NCBI RefSeq assembly: GCF_009914755.1
Contig: NC_060930.1
Reading direction: 5' to 3' (one strand)
DNA from: the human T2T-CHM13v2.0 reference genome, Homo sapiens
DNA length: 64,000 nt
Numbering within the stretch: the first letter of the stretch is position 1; every line of letters starts with the position of its first letter. Under the pieces are notes generated by a model. The model ran no database searches. It had not been told where the DNA came from and saw only the letters and a program-made list of their open reading frames with translations. Position numbers and translations under genes: made by a program. This document shows, piece after piece, positions 13,070 through 29,261 of the stretch.

Positions 13070-14150
13070 TTTTGATTTTGAAATAATTTGAAGCTTACAG
13101 AAAAGTTGCAGGAAAAGTACAGAAAGTTCTCATCTACCCTTCACCCAGATTCATTCGTCGACATCTGCCACATTTTACTTTGTCATTCCTCCTCCAAATA
13201 CACACACACACACACATTATTTTTTCCCAAATCCTATGAGACTAATTTGCACATATGTATTTATATACATTTCCTCCCCCACACTGAGTAATTTGCAGAT
13301 GTGATGCAAATTTACTCTTAAATACTTCAATGTGTATTTCCTAAAATCACGGACATTTGCAGACATTTGCTGACATTCACTGACTATCGTAGTCTAATTA
13401 TCAGTATCAGGAAATGTAACATCAATACAATACTATTATCTAAGGTACAGACCTTATTCCAATTTCACCAATTGTCCCAATAATGTTCCATGTATTGTCC
13501 CTCCTCCCCACATTCCAGGAGCCAAACCAGGATCAGATGCTCCCTGTTTTGTCATGAGTCTGTCCTTTAATCTGGGACAGTTTCTTGGCAATTCTTTGGC
13601 TTTGACATTGACATTTTAATGGAATTCAGGCCACTTGTTTTGTACACTGGCCCTTACTTTGGGTTTGTTTGCTGTTTTCTTGTGATAAAAAGTCAGACTA
13701 TGCATTTTTAGCAGTGATACCACGTAAGTGACATTGTCCTTCTCAAGGCATTGCATCAGAGGCTCAAGGAGTTGCTTGGTGCCATTACCGGTGATGTTAA
13801 CTTTGATCAGTTGGTTAAAGTGTTGTTGGCCAGTTTCTCCTACGGAAAGTTACTATCTTTGCCTTTCTAGTTGATACATAGTTGGTAAGGAGGTACCTTG
13901 AGGCTATGCAAATATCTTGCTTCTTTAACCCAGGAGTTTTAGCATCCATTGATGTCTCCTGCCCAAATCAATTATTCCTATAATGATGGCAAAATGGTAC
14001 TCTTTAAACTCTATCATTCCTTCTACTGTAAAGAAAGAGCTTTTCTAATCCTTTCATTCATTCATTTCTTTCTTTATTGTCACTGTATGGACTCACGGAT
14101 TCTTGTTTTACTCAATGGGTTATAATCCACTACTATAATTTGATGCAAAA
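13070..14150 (-). mobile_element. L1M (MC/ME-type) 3' region
   Basis: Antisense L1 3' UTR motifs (TTTTGAAATAATTT...CTTACAGAAAAGTTGCA; GGTGATGTTAACTTTGATCA). Confidence 0.75.
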
Positions 14151-16887
14151 GCCAACTGTTGTCTACAAGCATTTTCTGAGCAGCACAGCCAGAGGGCTCT
14201 CACATTGCGAACCTCAAAACTTTGAATTACTGATGGGGTACTAACATCTTCAGGGCCTTGCTTGTATTTTAGTTATTTTCCCAAATGTCTTATCTCTTTA
14301 ACCAAGCTACACCCACCGTGAGAGGGGGTACCAGCTGTCTTTTGAAACTTCTCTGATGCTCGGTACAGGGTAAGATACCAAAATCATTGGCTCTGCAGCC
14401 AGGGTGATCCAGGCTTCACCCAAGTCACCTGCTCTCTCTAAGCCCTAATTTTTTTTATGAATAAAATGATGATCATACCTAAGTCACCAAGGGTGTTTTG
14501 AAGAGAAAATGAGATAACATATGTAAAAGACTTCATGTGGAAAAATGGTCTTTCCTACTAATTAGGACTTGCAATTTGAGAGATATCTGACTTTTATCAA
14601 ATGGAATGTGCTAATAATAAACCTATACACATTTTACAGGTGAAGAAACACATAGAGATGAAGTAATTTGACATTACTGCTCTCCCTTTTCCCTCTCTTT
14701 TATTCCTCTTCAAAGCAATGACAGCAGAGTACGTTGAAGCTATTTTAAGGGTCTGGCTGAGTCATTTGAAGAGTAAAGAAGAAATGTTAATAGCATTTCT
14801 ATTCATTGGGACAGTCAATTGTAGGAACTTCTAGATAATTGACACCATTTTAGCCCTGGGGAAAAATGAAAACTATTTCTTCTCCTTTTCTGGTGGATTA
14901 AATAAATGCAGGGAGTAGCAGCTGGCCTCACGATAATTAGAAGAGAAATGATTCAGGGCATAAAACTCGCCTAAGTCTAATGAGGGATTGGGTTGATTTT
15001 GACTAATGTTGTCATAACTCATTTTAAAATGCACAGTCTAGAACACTTGTAGACCCTCATTTGGTGTACACTACATGGCAAACCAGGACCAACTGTTTCC
15101 TTATTAGAAGGAAAAAGCATTTTGCACTTAAATGAAGCCTGAGCCTGTTTGTAATAATAAGTACATTTACCTATTTTAAAAAAACCCAGCAAAACCCATG
15201 TATATCAAAAAAGGAACATCTCTTGGGACTATGATCTTCAGAGACAGCTTGGCTGATCCAGCTGAGAGAAAAATACACCGACCAGGGATCCTCAATTTTT
15301 GATCACCAGGTTAAAAAAACATTGCCATATAGAAGAAAATGGCCCCATTCCTGGTATTATCAGCTCCTTCAGGCATATTTGCATGCAGCCTGTTTTCCCT
15401 AGAGCTTGGCAACTCATTTCTAGCTATTAGTGATTATTGCTTCTTTACTTCAGAACAGCATCAAAATGATACTGACATCCTCACTTCTACTGGTATTTGA
15501 CTTTACTGAAATTACCATTTTTATAAGCTAATATTTTTTATTGTTCTCATTACAACCAAGCTACATCTTTGGAAATCCTAAACAGAAAAAGCCACTAGGT
15601 TCTAGGAGAATGTACCCAACAGTGTGCTGGGAAGTATAATTACACACCATGTGCTTGTTTCCTTTGCCCAACATGTGCAATTAATGCTGGTGTTTATTAA
15701 TGGGCATGAGGGTCCAGTAGGAAATTGAATTGAGCCTTATAAATAAAGCTACATGCTGTATTTCATCTCAGAGAAAGGATAAGAAATAATCTTAAATGAA
15801 AGCTTTTCAGATATGGCCTACATAATCACACTAATAGATTTTTCATATGGCCAATTAATTTCTTTCTGTCCATCCTAACAAGTAAATTGAATTGATGGAG
15901 AATTGACTGGCAATTATGTGATGGTAAAAATAGCTGACAACATTACTCAAATATGGTAATGTTCTATGATCACGGCCTTTGTTTGAGCTAGGTTAGAGTT
16001 AAACCCTTGCAACATGAAGGTAAAGCAACGGACTTAAAACTAATTCAGCCCTTTCAAACTCCAGTTACATTCGTCATTTTATTCCTGTTGTTATGACAAC
16101 ACTTTAAAAAGCAGCACTTTAAATGCTTAACATTTAGGCATCTTATTATAGACTGGAAAATAATACATGAGGTATAAAGTGCTGCTCCTAGGGGCTTAAA
16201 AGGGAGCCTGGGGATCATCAAGAGATGCAGTTGGAACACCTGGACTGCTTTCTCTGCTGTGGCCTCTAGAGCTCAGTAACTTTGCTTTTTTCTACCCTCA
16301 AGGCAGTGAGAGCTCATCCAAGGGAGGGAAGGTTAAAGAATTTATGTGGGAAGATACAAATTATTATTCACAGCCTCTATTCTGTGGTTGCATTTTTGAA
16401 TAAGAAATTCACCCGCGACCTGAAGTATTTTATTTTCTTGATTATAGCCTGTGTCATGCAGTTTTTAAAAGGCTATAAGTGACGATGTGTTCTGATTGAT
16501 TTTAGTTGCTTATTGTTAGCTATTGGAATGACCTGTTTATGTGAATATAACTTTATAAAGGAAATTCATAACACATAACTATTATGAAAATTAATTATTG
16601 ATAAAGAGATAATGTGTTGGAGTGAACCTCTTACATGGATCTGTGACCTATTGTGTTTGTACTATCATCTGATAAAAGCACAGAAATGCTTGTTAAATTT
16701 AAAATATATATATTTTAAAGCAACTATGTTGCTTTAAAACAACGTATGTCCCTATACATAGGGAGATGTTTTTATTAAGGAAACAAGCTAGCTGAATGTT
16801 GGCATTTTCCAGTTATTATGTATTAGTAGATTGAAAATTATCTGTCATGTTTAATTCTCTCTGCCTTGAAATAAATTTCTCTGATAA

Positions 16888-17280
<393 letters not shown>

Positions 17281-17715
17281 TAGCACTATTCACAATAGCA
17301 AAACTATGAGATCAACCTAAGTTTCCATCAGGGGTTGATTTGATAAAGAAAATGTGGTATATATACACAATACAATACTATTCAACCATAAAAAATAAAA
17401 TCATGTCTTTTGCAGCAACATGGGTGGAACTGGAGGCCATTATCTTAAGTGAAACAACTCAGACACAGAAAGACAAATACTGCATGTTCTCACTCAGGAG
17501 TGGAAACTAAATAATGTGTACAAATGGACATAGAGTATGGAATGATAGACCATGGAGACTTGGGACAGTGGGGAGAGGGGAGGGGAGTGGATAACAAATT
17601 ACTTCATGGATACCATGTATGTTATTTGGGTGATGTATATTCTAAAAGCCTGGACTTCACCACTATGCAAACTATGCATGTAACAAAATTACACTTGGAC
17701 CTTTGTACCCAATAG

Positions 17716-18011
17716 ATTTTTTTTCTTTTTTTTTTTTTAAGAGACAAGGTCTTACTGTGTTGCCCAGGCTGGAGTATAGTGGTGCAATCATGGCTCACTA
17801 AAGCCTGGAACTCCTGGGCACAAGTGATTCTCTCCCCTTAGCCTCCTGAGTAGCTAGGACTACAGGCACATGCCACCACTCCCAGCGAATTTTTAAAATT
17901 GTTTGTAGAAATAGGGTCTTGCTATTTTGCCCAGGCTGGTCTCAAACTCCTGGGCTCAAGAGACCCTACTGCCCCAGCCTAGGATTACTGGGGTGGGCCA
18001 CTGCACCTGGC
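17716..18011 (-). mobile_element. AluJ inserted in L1 3' UTR
   Basis: Antisense Alu consensus, diverged. Confidence 0.9.
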
Positions 18012-18889
18012 TCCCATAAATTTATACAAAAAAAAAATTACCTTGGTCTTTCTAAATCTGTGCTGTTTTGTATAAAGTCATGTGAATTATTACTGAACAA
18101 AGTATAGCTGATGAAAAAAAGTAGAGGAAGAAAACTATAACAAACTGACTCCCTGCAGAACAACCCAGTGTCAAAGAGTTATTCCAGGATCTTAACAAAG
18201 TAAGGCAGTGCTGTGTACGTGTGTGCCGTCATATGCCAGCAGTTGCAAAGTTGAGTGGCTTCCCAGAGGCCTGTACACATGTCCTCTGCATGGTAATTTT
18301 AGCAAATTAAACTGCCATAAAAGGAATAGTGGTTTCATTGCTGGTTCTAACTGCTGCATACCAAAAGGTAGCCACATGTATAACATCTGCTGAGTTATTT
18401 TTGGTTGCTAAAGACAAATAATTTGTCATTAGAATGCAAAGCAGTTAGGTATAGCTACGTGCAAATATCTAGATTATTAACAAAACAGAATTATGTTCCT
18501 CTTTATTGTATATCAAGAGTGTTTAATAATTTCTTACTGTTCTTTGTCTAAAGGATTTGAAGCTGTAATGACAGTAACGAGATAAAAAAAAAAGGCTACC
18601 TAATTCTTATCTTTAAGTACAATATAGCATAAAGAAAGAACAAATGCTTATGTATCCGAGACTGGATCCATCAACGTATGGCAAATTCCCAACACCAAAG
18701 ACAAAAGAATACATTAGAGGCATATTTGTACATGTGTGAAATGCTGTATTACTTGTATTCTGAGCCCAAAAGGCACTATCCCATTGTTTCCCCTCTCAGA
18801 GGCCCACGTAACTCCTGTAATCACACCAAGCTCTCACTTAGGTTAGTAAGTTAGCTTCCACAATCCTCTTGCCAATTTATGGTCCTTAG

Positions 18890-19240
<351 letters not shown>

Positions 19241-19322
19241 TGAGGGTTGGAGACTTTTCCCAAGACTCCCGTCTCCCCTAATGCACCCTCCATCACCTCA
19301 CACTCACCAGTTTTAAATCTTG

Positions 19323-19461
19323 TTTGTACCCGATAGATTTTTTTCTTTTTTTTAAGAGACAAGGTCTTACTGTGTTGCCCAGGCTGGATAGTATAATGGC
19401 GCAATCATAGCTCACTAAAGCCTGGAACTCCTGGGCTCAAGTGATTCTCTCCCCTTAGCCT
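19323..19461 (-). repeat. Local duplicate of 17702-17844 (L1/AluJ junction fragment)
   Basis: Shares the non-Alu flank TTTGTACCC(A/G)ATAGATTT and private Alu variants with the element at 17.7 kb. Confidence 0.9.
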
Positions 19462-20028
19462 TGTTTCTCCTGCATCATTCCGTATGCTCACACCCAGGAC
19501 GTACTCTATCCTCTGGGTCACACAAGAACTGTTTGAAGGCCACTTTTTATTTTCTGGGACTCAAATCTCACTCTATTGCCTGGCTTCTTTTGGCCCTTGC
19601 CTTTTCCATTTTTTTTCTAGTTCACTGGGGAGAAAGTAGTTTTCATTCATTTTCTTGTGTCCTCATCTCATCAGCCTGGGTGAAGTTATAAACAGTGGAG
19701 TAAGAGGTGCTGAATCTTTGGACAGCCTGGGAGAAATAAAGCAGGCAACAGATCTTCTCTGGAAAGATTTTCACAGGGCCTCAGACTTCTTACTGATTAA
19801 TGAATTTATTCGTGGGAAAAAATGGTGGGAGAAGGACAAGAAGAGACGCAGGAGACATAGCAAGAGAGGCAATGTGTGGATTCTGTTTGGACTATAATGG
19901 CAAACCAACTGAAAAGTCATTTTAAGATACTTGGGATGTTTTAATATGTACTAGATATTAGATGATAATTTGCTAATTTTGTCAGGTGTAAAATGGCCCT
20001 AGAGTTATGCAAGGAAATGTCCATACTT

Positions 20029-20122
20029 AGTTTGAGGCTACAGTGAGTTATGATCTTGCCACTGACTCCAGCGTGGGCAACAGAGTGAGACCCTGTCTCT
20101 AAAAAAACCAAAACAAAACAAA
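20029..20122 (+). mobile_element. Alu 3' fragment (AluJ/FRAM-like) within degenerate L1M sequence
   Basis: GAGGCTACAGTGAGTTATGATC...GAGACCCTGTCTC followed by an A-rich tail. Confidence 0.8.
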
Positions 20123-22074
20123 AGTGTGCATACTCTTGAGATGCAGTGGAAGCAGGTACAAGTGAAATCCAGAGGTCTGAATTTGCTTTAAGATACTTCA
20201 ACAGCAACAATCACCAAAGGGATCGATCAAGCATGGAATAATCTTGCCAATTTTTGTAACTGGGTGATGGATATTCAGGAATTTGTTACCTCATTTACTC
20301 TATTCCTGTGTATGTTTGAAAAGTTTATTTACTGGGTGTCTACCAGCCCACTGCTGATACAAAAAGACAATCCCAAATAGCTTAAGGGTATCAGGACACT
20401 CGTCTAGCATAAAGTAGGTGAGGGCAGTCTCAGAGACAGTAATTCTTAACCTTTACCCCCTTTATGGAGCACTTTAGGACACAGTGAATGTAAGAATGGG
20501 GGACATAGACTGTAGGCAATATATGAAAACCCTTGTCCTCCTCAGGTCTCTGTGCAGATAAAGATGAGGCCATGAGAAGGGGAATGTGTCTATTTTCTCT
20601 AGAAGATGATTTGGTTTGGCCTTTTAGCCTGGTGCATTTACCCTATCCCACTTCAAAGCAAACAAGAAGGTTATAATCTGACCACACTGGTGCTCAAATT
20701 AACTGGCTTCAATAAATTCCAGATCTACCTAATTTTCCACTCCACTCAGGCCAACATCTGTGTAAATACAGAAGCCCCAACCAAACTGGGGAGCATCCTT
20801 CTTGGATATGACCCAGATCAACAGGGGAAGAGAATCGTGTTGTCAGGGAACCTTAGATTTTGCCTCTATCATCTGGTTTATAGGGAGAAGCTTGTGGGAA
20901 TATTCTGGGACTTTCACCATAAACAAGAGAACAGAGAGGTCCTAGGCTGTCAGGATCCAAAGAAACAAATGCGCAATTTGAGCCAACTGGAAGCATTGAA
21001 CTGGATCACATCAGCCACGCAAAAATGAAAAGATTAAATGATCTCCATGTAGGGAAGTTAGGTGTTCGAACCAACTGCCAGAGGACTTCTCCACCATAGC
21101 GAGCTACCAAAGAATTTAGTAGTCCAGGTGCTATGAGGAGCAGGTGACCCATTAGAGGTCAAAGTCAACAGAAAGAAAGGTTCATCTCCTGGTGGCTACA
21201 CAGCTGTTTGTATCTCAAATATTACTTGGAACTTCAAAGAAACACCTTGATTGACGAAGGTGATTCAGGACAATATTTCATGTTTGCAGACTGCACTTTT
21301 CCAAATGCTTTGGCACCTACTCTACATGCTAACAGCAACCTGTGAGTTAGGTAGGACAGTGATTATTATTCCTGTTTTACAGGAATAAGAAGAGGTTGTA
21401 TAGAAGGGAAATTCATCTGTATTCTGAGACTGACCTGTAGGCAACTGTTCCAACAAGATTGTTAGCAGAACTGGAACTGGAATGAGGGTTTCTACCACCC
21501 AGATGGGGTCTTGTTACTACTTATCTCCATTCTCCTTTAGCTAAGAGTGCAGAATTCCCTTACTATTAACAATTTCCTTTTCCGTTTCTTAATTTTCTGT
21601 CAACCGGGAGGGGAGGATCATCAGTTCTCAGAATGCCTTGTGGCCCCACAAACATCATCAATCAGTACAAATCCAATTCAGTGCTCACATGGTTTAAGAA
21701 CAGTAACTGGTGTCTCACTACGACCTCCTGTTCCCCGTCCCCAGGCGTTTTACTTTCATATCCCATAACCATTCCCAACCACTAGGCGCTCATTGAGGGT
21801 CAACAACACAGTATAACAATAATAACAGCATTTCAGTTTCAACAAGAATAAATGGATAAATGGGTCATCTTTGCTATTCAGAGAGTAACATCCCACACCT
21901 ATACTCTTAGGGTTAAATCCACAGTCATGTCGACTGTTAGAGATGGATTTAATGGGTTTATTTGAAGACATCTGCTACATTAAAATATTTACCCTTGTCC
22001 CAACCTCTGCATCCTCCTATTGATATAACTATCAATAACTTCTAGAAAGAGCCTAATATAATGCACTAATTTAG

Positions 22075-22535
<461 letters not shown>

Positions 22536-22777
22536 ATTTTTCTCCATACACACAGCATGCAGTGATCATGTCACATTTGCCTCCCATCCTTTTAACATGT
22601 AAAGAAAAAAAAGGAGTCATTCATGTTCTTTAGTCGCTTGGCTTCAACTTCACTGCACAAAATATTTGAAAAAGGCATTACAAATATTTACCAGAAAAAC
22701 AGGATAAAATTGTGTCACTCGTTCAGTCGCATACAAGGAATGGTTCTGGGAATCTTAGGATTTAAAAGAACTTCTTC

Positions 22778-23191
<414 letters not shown>

Positions 23192-23219
23192 TCACTAACA
23201 AAACAAATGCCTTCTACTT

Positions 23220-23410
23220 CAGCAGTGCTGAGACCAAAGAATCCAGCCTGCCTGGGTTTGCGGCATGGCAGCACCACTTTATACTGTGTGGCTTTCACGG
23301 GTTGCTTAAGTTTTCCAGAACTAATTGTATAATAGGGATAATAAAAGAACCAAACTCATAGGTCGCTATGAAAATTATATAGGTCAATTAATGGAAAGTG
23401 CTTAAACAGC
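23220..23410 (+). mobile_element. MIR
   Basis: Degenerate MIR consensus. Confidence 0.6.
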
Positions 23411-23691
23411 GAAAGGGTTCATTGCTGTTCTTGTTACAGCGATGAGGATATATTATCAAGTCAATTCCAGTTTACTAAAGTCTAGATTGAGAATTCCTGT
23501 ACATCTCCTAGAGGAAAAAAAACTTCAAAGGAGGTTGATTTCATGAATTTTATCATGTACCTGGGCTGTCATTTTTAACTACTGTGCATTCTCAACTCTC
23601 TTGAAAGTTGAATTAATAAGATGAGATTCAGTTATAGAGACTACATAATATCAGGAGGTCAAAAATAGTTGGCTCTTCCTATTAAAAAATA

Positions 23692-24174
<483 letters not shown>

Positions 24175-24819
24175 TCATCCCAATACATTGGAAGTGAAAA
24201 CACAGGGAGCAATGAATGTGGGTGTTGAGTCTAATCAAATGGGATGAGCAGAGTTCAGAATGTGAACTAGGCAATGTCTTTCACAAATGACAGGCATTCA
24301 CTTAAGAGTGTATTTCGATTCCTAGGAGGGCCAGAATTTTTTTCTGTACCAAAAATACATCATTTGGCAGGATGAGTTTATTGTTTGAGTCAGCAGTGCG
24401 GGTGTTCCAGCCCCAGGAGCAGATGCCCTCCAACTGTTCAGACTGGGGTATTCAGGGTGAAGAGAGAAGGGGGCCACAGCGTGGACAGGTGGCTGCACAC
24501 AGCCAGTCATAGCACCCCTCCCCCTCCGCCATCCTCCAGATTTGGATTCCGGATTACACTGTGTGCCACAATTAATATTCGCAGCAGGAAATGGCAAGTA
24601 TCAAATTTACCAGTTATGTTTCTGTTAGCACTTCCAGAGTCAAGGAAAATTGTTTAATAAGGGCATTTGTCTTAGTAAATGAAAGTTCGTCTAAACTTTA
24701 CATGTGTATGTATTACATATTTCCTGAGAGTTGGCTCCGAGGCAATTTCATGCCATCATACCTCTCATTACCAGAGGGCCTTAAGTTACAGAGAATCTTA
24801 AAGATGGTCACAGTTAGTG

Positions 24820-25164
<345 letters not shown>

Positions 25165-27299
25165 TCAAGCCAAAGTGTAATGCTAGGCACAAAATATGCA
25201 CTCAGTTAAATGACACCTATTATCCTATTATTATCATCATCATCACTAAGGTCAAAGGTAAAAAGACAAATGGCCTTACCTAAACAAAGCTTTGTGTTTT
25301 TATACTTTGCTGTGTTTTCCTACTTAAGTTGGTCTTACTAGAACCTATAATCTGAAGCGATAAGTTCTGGCACAGTAATATGATTATTATGAAGTTGTAA
25401 CTCCATTGTCTAAGCTGGGGTCCTCTGTGAGGGGGTGTGGGGCAAGGAGGTAAGTCATCTTCAACTCACCCTGCTAATATTTTCTGCAGACAAAATCTGA
25501 TTATGGCAAGTAAAGTTGCCTTAGATAAGTTGTATCACTTTTTCTCAAAAAAGGGCAATTGAGAGCCAAATAGAGATCTTCCTTTTTCTCTTTGTGAAAT
25601 TTCCTTTGGTTGTCCTTTTTTGGATCTTTAGAGAGCTTGATGGAGGGATAAGAAAATAAGAATGAAGATCAATATGCAAGGTGTTGCCTCTTGAACTTCA
25701 CTGCAATGAACTAGCTCAATTTAACCTCCCGTGTATACGTTCCCATATAAGACATTACTTTTACAATTCATCACTAAGGGAATGTGTCCTTTAAGGAACT
25801 GCTGTATTTTGTATGCCCATCTTTCTGCTAGCAGGAACTTAGGTGATAACTTCCTTTGTTCCCCTTTCTGCCTGGTTACAAGGAAGCTCAGAGTAAAATT
25901 TACTGCTCCGTCATAACAAGAACATATTTACTTTCTCTGGCTCCTCCTTTTGATACTGGTATTCTCCTTTCAAAATTGTTCATTATTGTAACCTGTCTCA
26001 ACTCAACATCAGGGAGTAGTTTTTTTTTTTTTTTTTTTCAGTAAACTTGAACCACCTCTTAGCCTTCTCTCAATTACTAGGTGTGAGTTCAAAGAGGCCT
26101 TAGCAGCTATCTATTGCTTGACAAAAGTCACAAGGAAATTTCCACTGATGTCCATTCATTGCCCCATAATTTGTTCCAGCTGTTTGTTTCAGTTTTTGGA
26201 AGCCACTGGATCATGAAGGTTCAGGGACAATGTGGGAACAAGTAGTGTGATCATTACCGTAAATCTCCCACAAATCTTGATATAGGAAATAATTATCATT
26301 CTCATTGAATTATCCTCATAAAGGAAACTATACTCAGGCTAACATGGGGCCCATGAAGATAGCTTCTTTTGCACTGATTTGAAAAATGGGCACTTCTGGA
26401 AGAGATAACATATGAGTTAAGTCAGTGAATCACAGCTATTGTTCTGGAAATTATATTCAAATCTAGTCAGTCCAAATCTGAGAACTCTATTTGTGATGCA
26501 AATAAAAAAAATACTTCTACTTAGCAAACCAATGCAATTTTGCATATCATTCAGATTGGTTACCACTTTAAATCTTTTCTGATAGAGAGATAGAAGGGTA
26601 AACCATGCGTGAATTAACCACATCTGACGCTATTCATTTTCCTTCAACTGCAGGTAATTATCCTGCATAATTCTCCTATGCATAAATTAAAACTGCATGA
26701 ATTAACAATGAGCTTGTTTTCCTACATTCAGTAATTAAGACAAAATTGATCAAGGGATACTTTACATGTGGGCACGGATCAGACAAAAGTCCTCACAAAA
26801 GAAAAGGAATGATTCCTTTTTTCTCTCAAGTTTGTTTTTTCTCCATTTTCCTCCCCTTTTGTGGGGTTGTTCAGATCTCTGAGGCGTCAATCGTTTGCAA
26901 GAGGAAGGAGAAGGCACGCCACTGATATGGCGTTATTTATCAGCATGCATTGCTTACTTGGAGAAAAAGTGCCCATTTCATTTCCTGATGATAGGGCATC
27001 TTTGCAGACACACAGCTTACCCAGCTGGAATAATGAACCTTTCAGATGGAGGATGTGAAAAATCTTCTTCTTGATTATAATAGAAGCCTGAAGAGTCTCA
27101 TCAACGCCTTGGTATCAACTGAGAACCTCAGCCTACGTGGACAGTCTCTGTTTCGAGTTGCTAAGCCAAAAGATCTGGCAGCCACAACTCAGCTAAGTTA
27201 TGTGGGAGAACTCGGGCTTTTTGAACATGCTACAAACTGGCAGTTGCTGTGGGAACTGTGGCTCTGAATTTGGAGTCTGTGTATTTACATCCACAGCCG

Positions 27300-27485
27300 C
27301 AGCACAGCCCAGACTCTGATGCCAGACGGCCTAGGTTTAAAACCAAGCTCTGCCTCTTAGTAATTTTTCAGAGCCTCCATTCTCTCATCTATAAAATGGA
27401 GTAATTACCTCAGGGTGTTGTGAGCACTCAATGAATTAGTACATGTGCCTGGCACATTAGAAATGCTATTTAGTGATAGCTATTA
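27300..27485 (+). mobile_element. MIR
   Basis: GAGCCTCCATTCTCTCATCTATAAAATGGAG...GTTGTGAG core. Confidence 0.75.
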
Positions 27486-27545
27486 CTTTTATAATAATAT
27501 AAAACATGTTTATTTAGATTGGATGTTTCATTGTATGAGAAGCTT

Positions 27546-28047
27546 GGCCAGGCGTGGTGGCTCCCACCTGTAATCCCAGCACTTTGGGAGACCGATGCAG
27601 GGAGATGCTTGAGCCCAGGAGTTCGAGACCAGCCTGGCCAACATGGTGAAACCCCATCTCTACAAAAAATACAAAAATTAGCTGGGTGTGGTGGCATGAG
27701 CCTGTGGTCCCAGCTACTCAGGAGGCTGAAATGGGAGGATCGTCTGAGCCCAGGAGATCGAGGCTGCACTGAGCTGTGATCTGGCCGCCGCACTCCAGTC
27801 TGGGTGACAGAGTGAGACTCTGTAGTTTTCTGTCAATATGCAATATGAAATATGTGTACACATATCTGTGATTCAGAATTTGCATTTATGTGTTGTTGTT
27901 GTTGTTTTGTCTTGCTTTTTGTTGTGGTAGTTGTTGTTTTAAGAGACGGGGTTGTCAAAGCTGGACTTGAACTCCTGGGCTCAAATGATCTTCCCACCTC
28001 AGCCTCTGGAGTAGCTGGGACTACAGGCACAGACCACCACACCTGCC
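27546..28047. mobile_element. Sense AluJ without tail (27546-27822) and antisense FLAM/Alu monomer (27890-28047)
   Basis: Alu consensus in opposite orientations about 70 bp apart. Confidence 0.85.
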
Positions 28048-29261
28048 TTAGACTTCGTATTTATTTTTTGAAAATTTCGATGGCTTCAAACTCCTCTTGT
28101 GCCCAGGAAGGCCTTGCCTGTGTACCTACACTCAAGATCTATGATTCACCTAAAGGGAGATGATAGAGGGAAGGTCATTTTTACCATATGCAGAATCTTA
28201 TGTGCCAGGCTTGGCCAGGCTTATACTCCCCCAGCTGGATTATAAAGGAGTGAAACTAGTCCCCTACACGAAAAACTATGCATCCTTTCAATAGGGCTTT
28301 TTTCAGTACCTTTAGCCTGATTACTGTATATTCACATTTATGAAAACATCTTGAGTTAATGCAGCCCCTTAGTCCCTTCCTGCTTTGGTTATTTTCTTCC
28401 ATCAGTGAGGGAAAGAGCCATTTTGTGACAACCAAAGAACAAAACCAAACCAAAACAAAAACTACATCTGGAAAACATCCTAATGTGAAGAAATACACAT
28501 TGAGGATCTGGAAAGAAAAAATGACCCTTAAAAAAGAAACACCACGTGCCATTTCTATCCTATTTTAGGCCAAAGACCATTATGACAAAATTCAAAGGGC
28601 AAACTTTTTTTGGAATGTCATGGGAGCCTGAAAAGGGAGCAATTCCTGACCTTTATGTCATTACAGGGGCAGGTTTCCATTTGCAAAACCAAGTGTCCAA
28701 CTGAGGACATTAGTCGTGTTGTAAGAGAAAACGGTCATACCTCAAATAGGCCATAGTTTGGTGATTGAAGGGGGAGGGCAGGAAGAACAAATCACCTCTC
28801 CTCCCTCCAGAGAAACACAGTTTTTGCTGCCTCCAGGCTGGCTAAGTGGACCTCCCGGGGTGGAGAGCGCCCAGTGAGGAGTCAGAACATCTCAGTGCTA
28901 ACCAGCTAATCCATTCGTTTGGTTTCCTAATTTGTGAAATTAGAGACATTGATATTACATCACAGGGTTGTTCTGTGGTTTAAATGAGACCATGGTTGTA
29001 AAAGTTGTTCAAAACTGCAAAAATCCACAGAGATATAAGGCACTATCACTGGGACTAAAGTATCGTGATGACTATTCTCAACTGGACCTTGAACTTAAAC
29101 TTGAGGAACAGCAGACTTTAGGTATCAAAGAAGGAGGCCTGTGCAGAAGAGAAGCGGTAGAAAAGGAAAGACCAGCAGTCAACTGGTTGGAGGAAGTAAG
29201 GGATCGCCAGTTGTGGCAGAATGTACTGCAGGTGTCAGAGCATAGTAGTCAATCCAATTAC

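Noticed and set aside
20606-21028. 140-aa plus-strand ORF
   Set aside because: No recognisable domain; probably degenerate repeat or chance.
27046-27267. Protein-like ORF MEDVKNLLLDYNRSLKSL...
   Set aside because: No recognisable homologue, poly(A) or TSD to support a retrocopy; antisense to RIPOR2; length compatible with chance.
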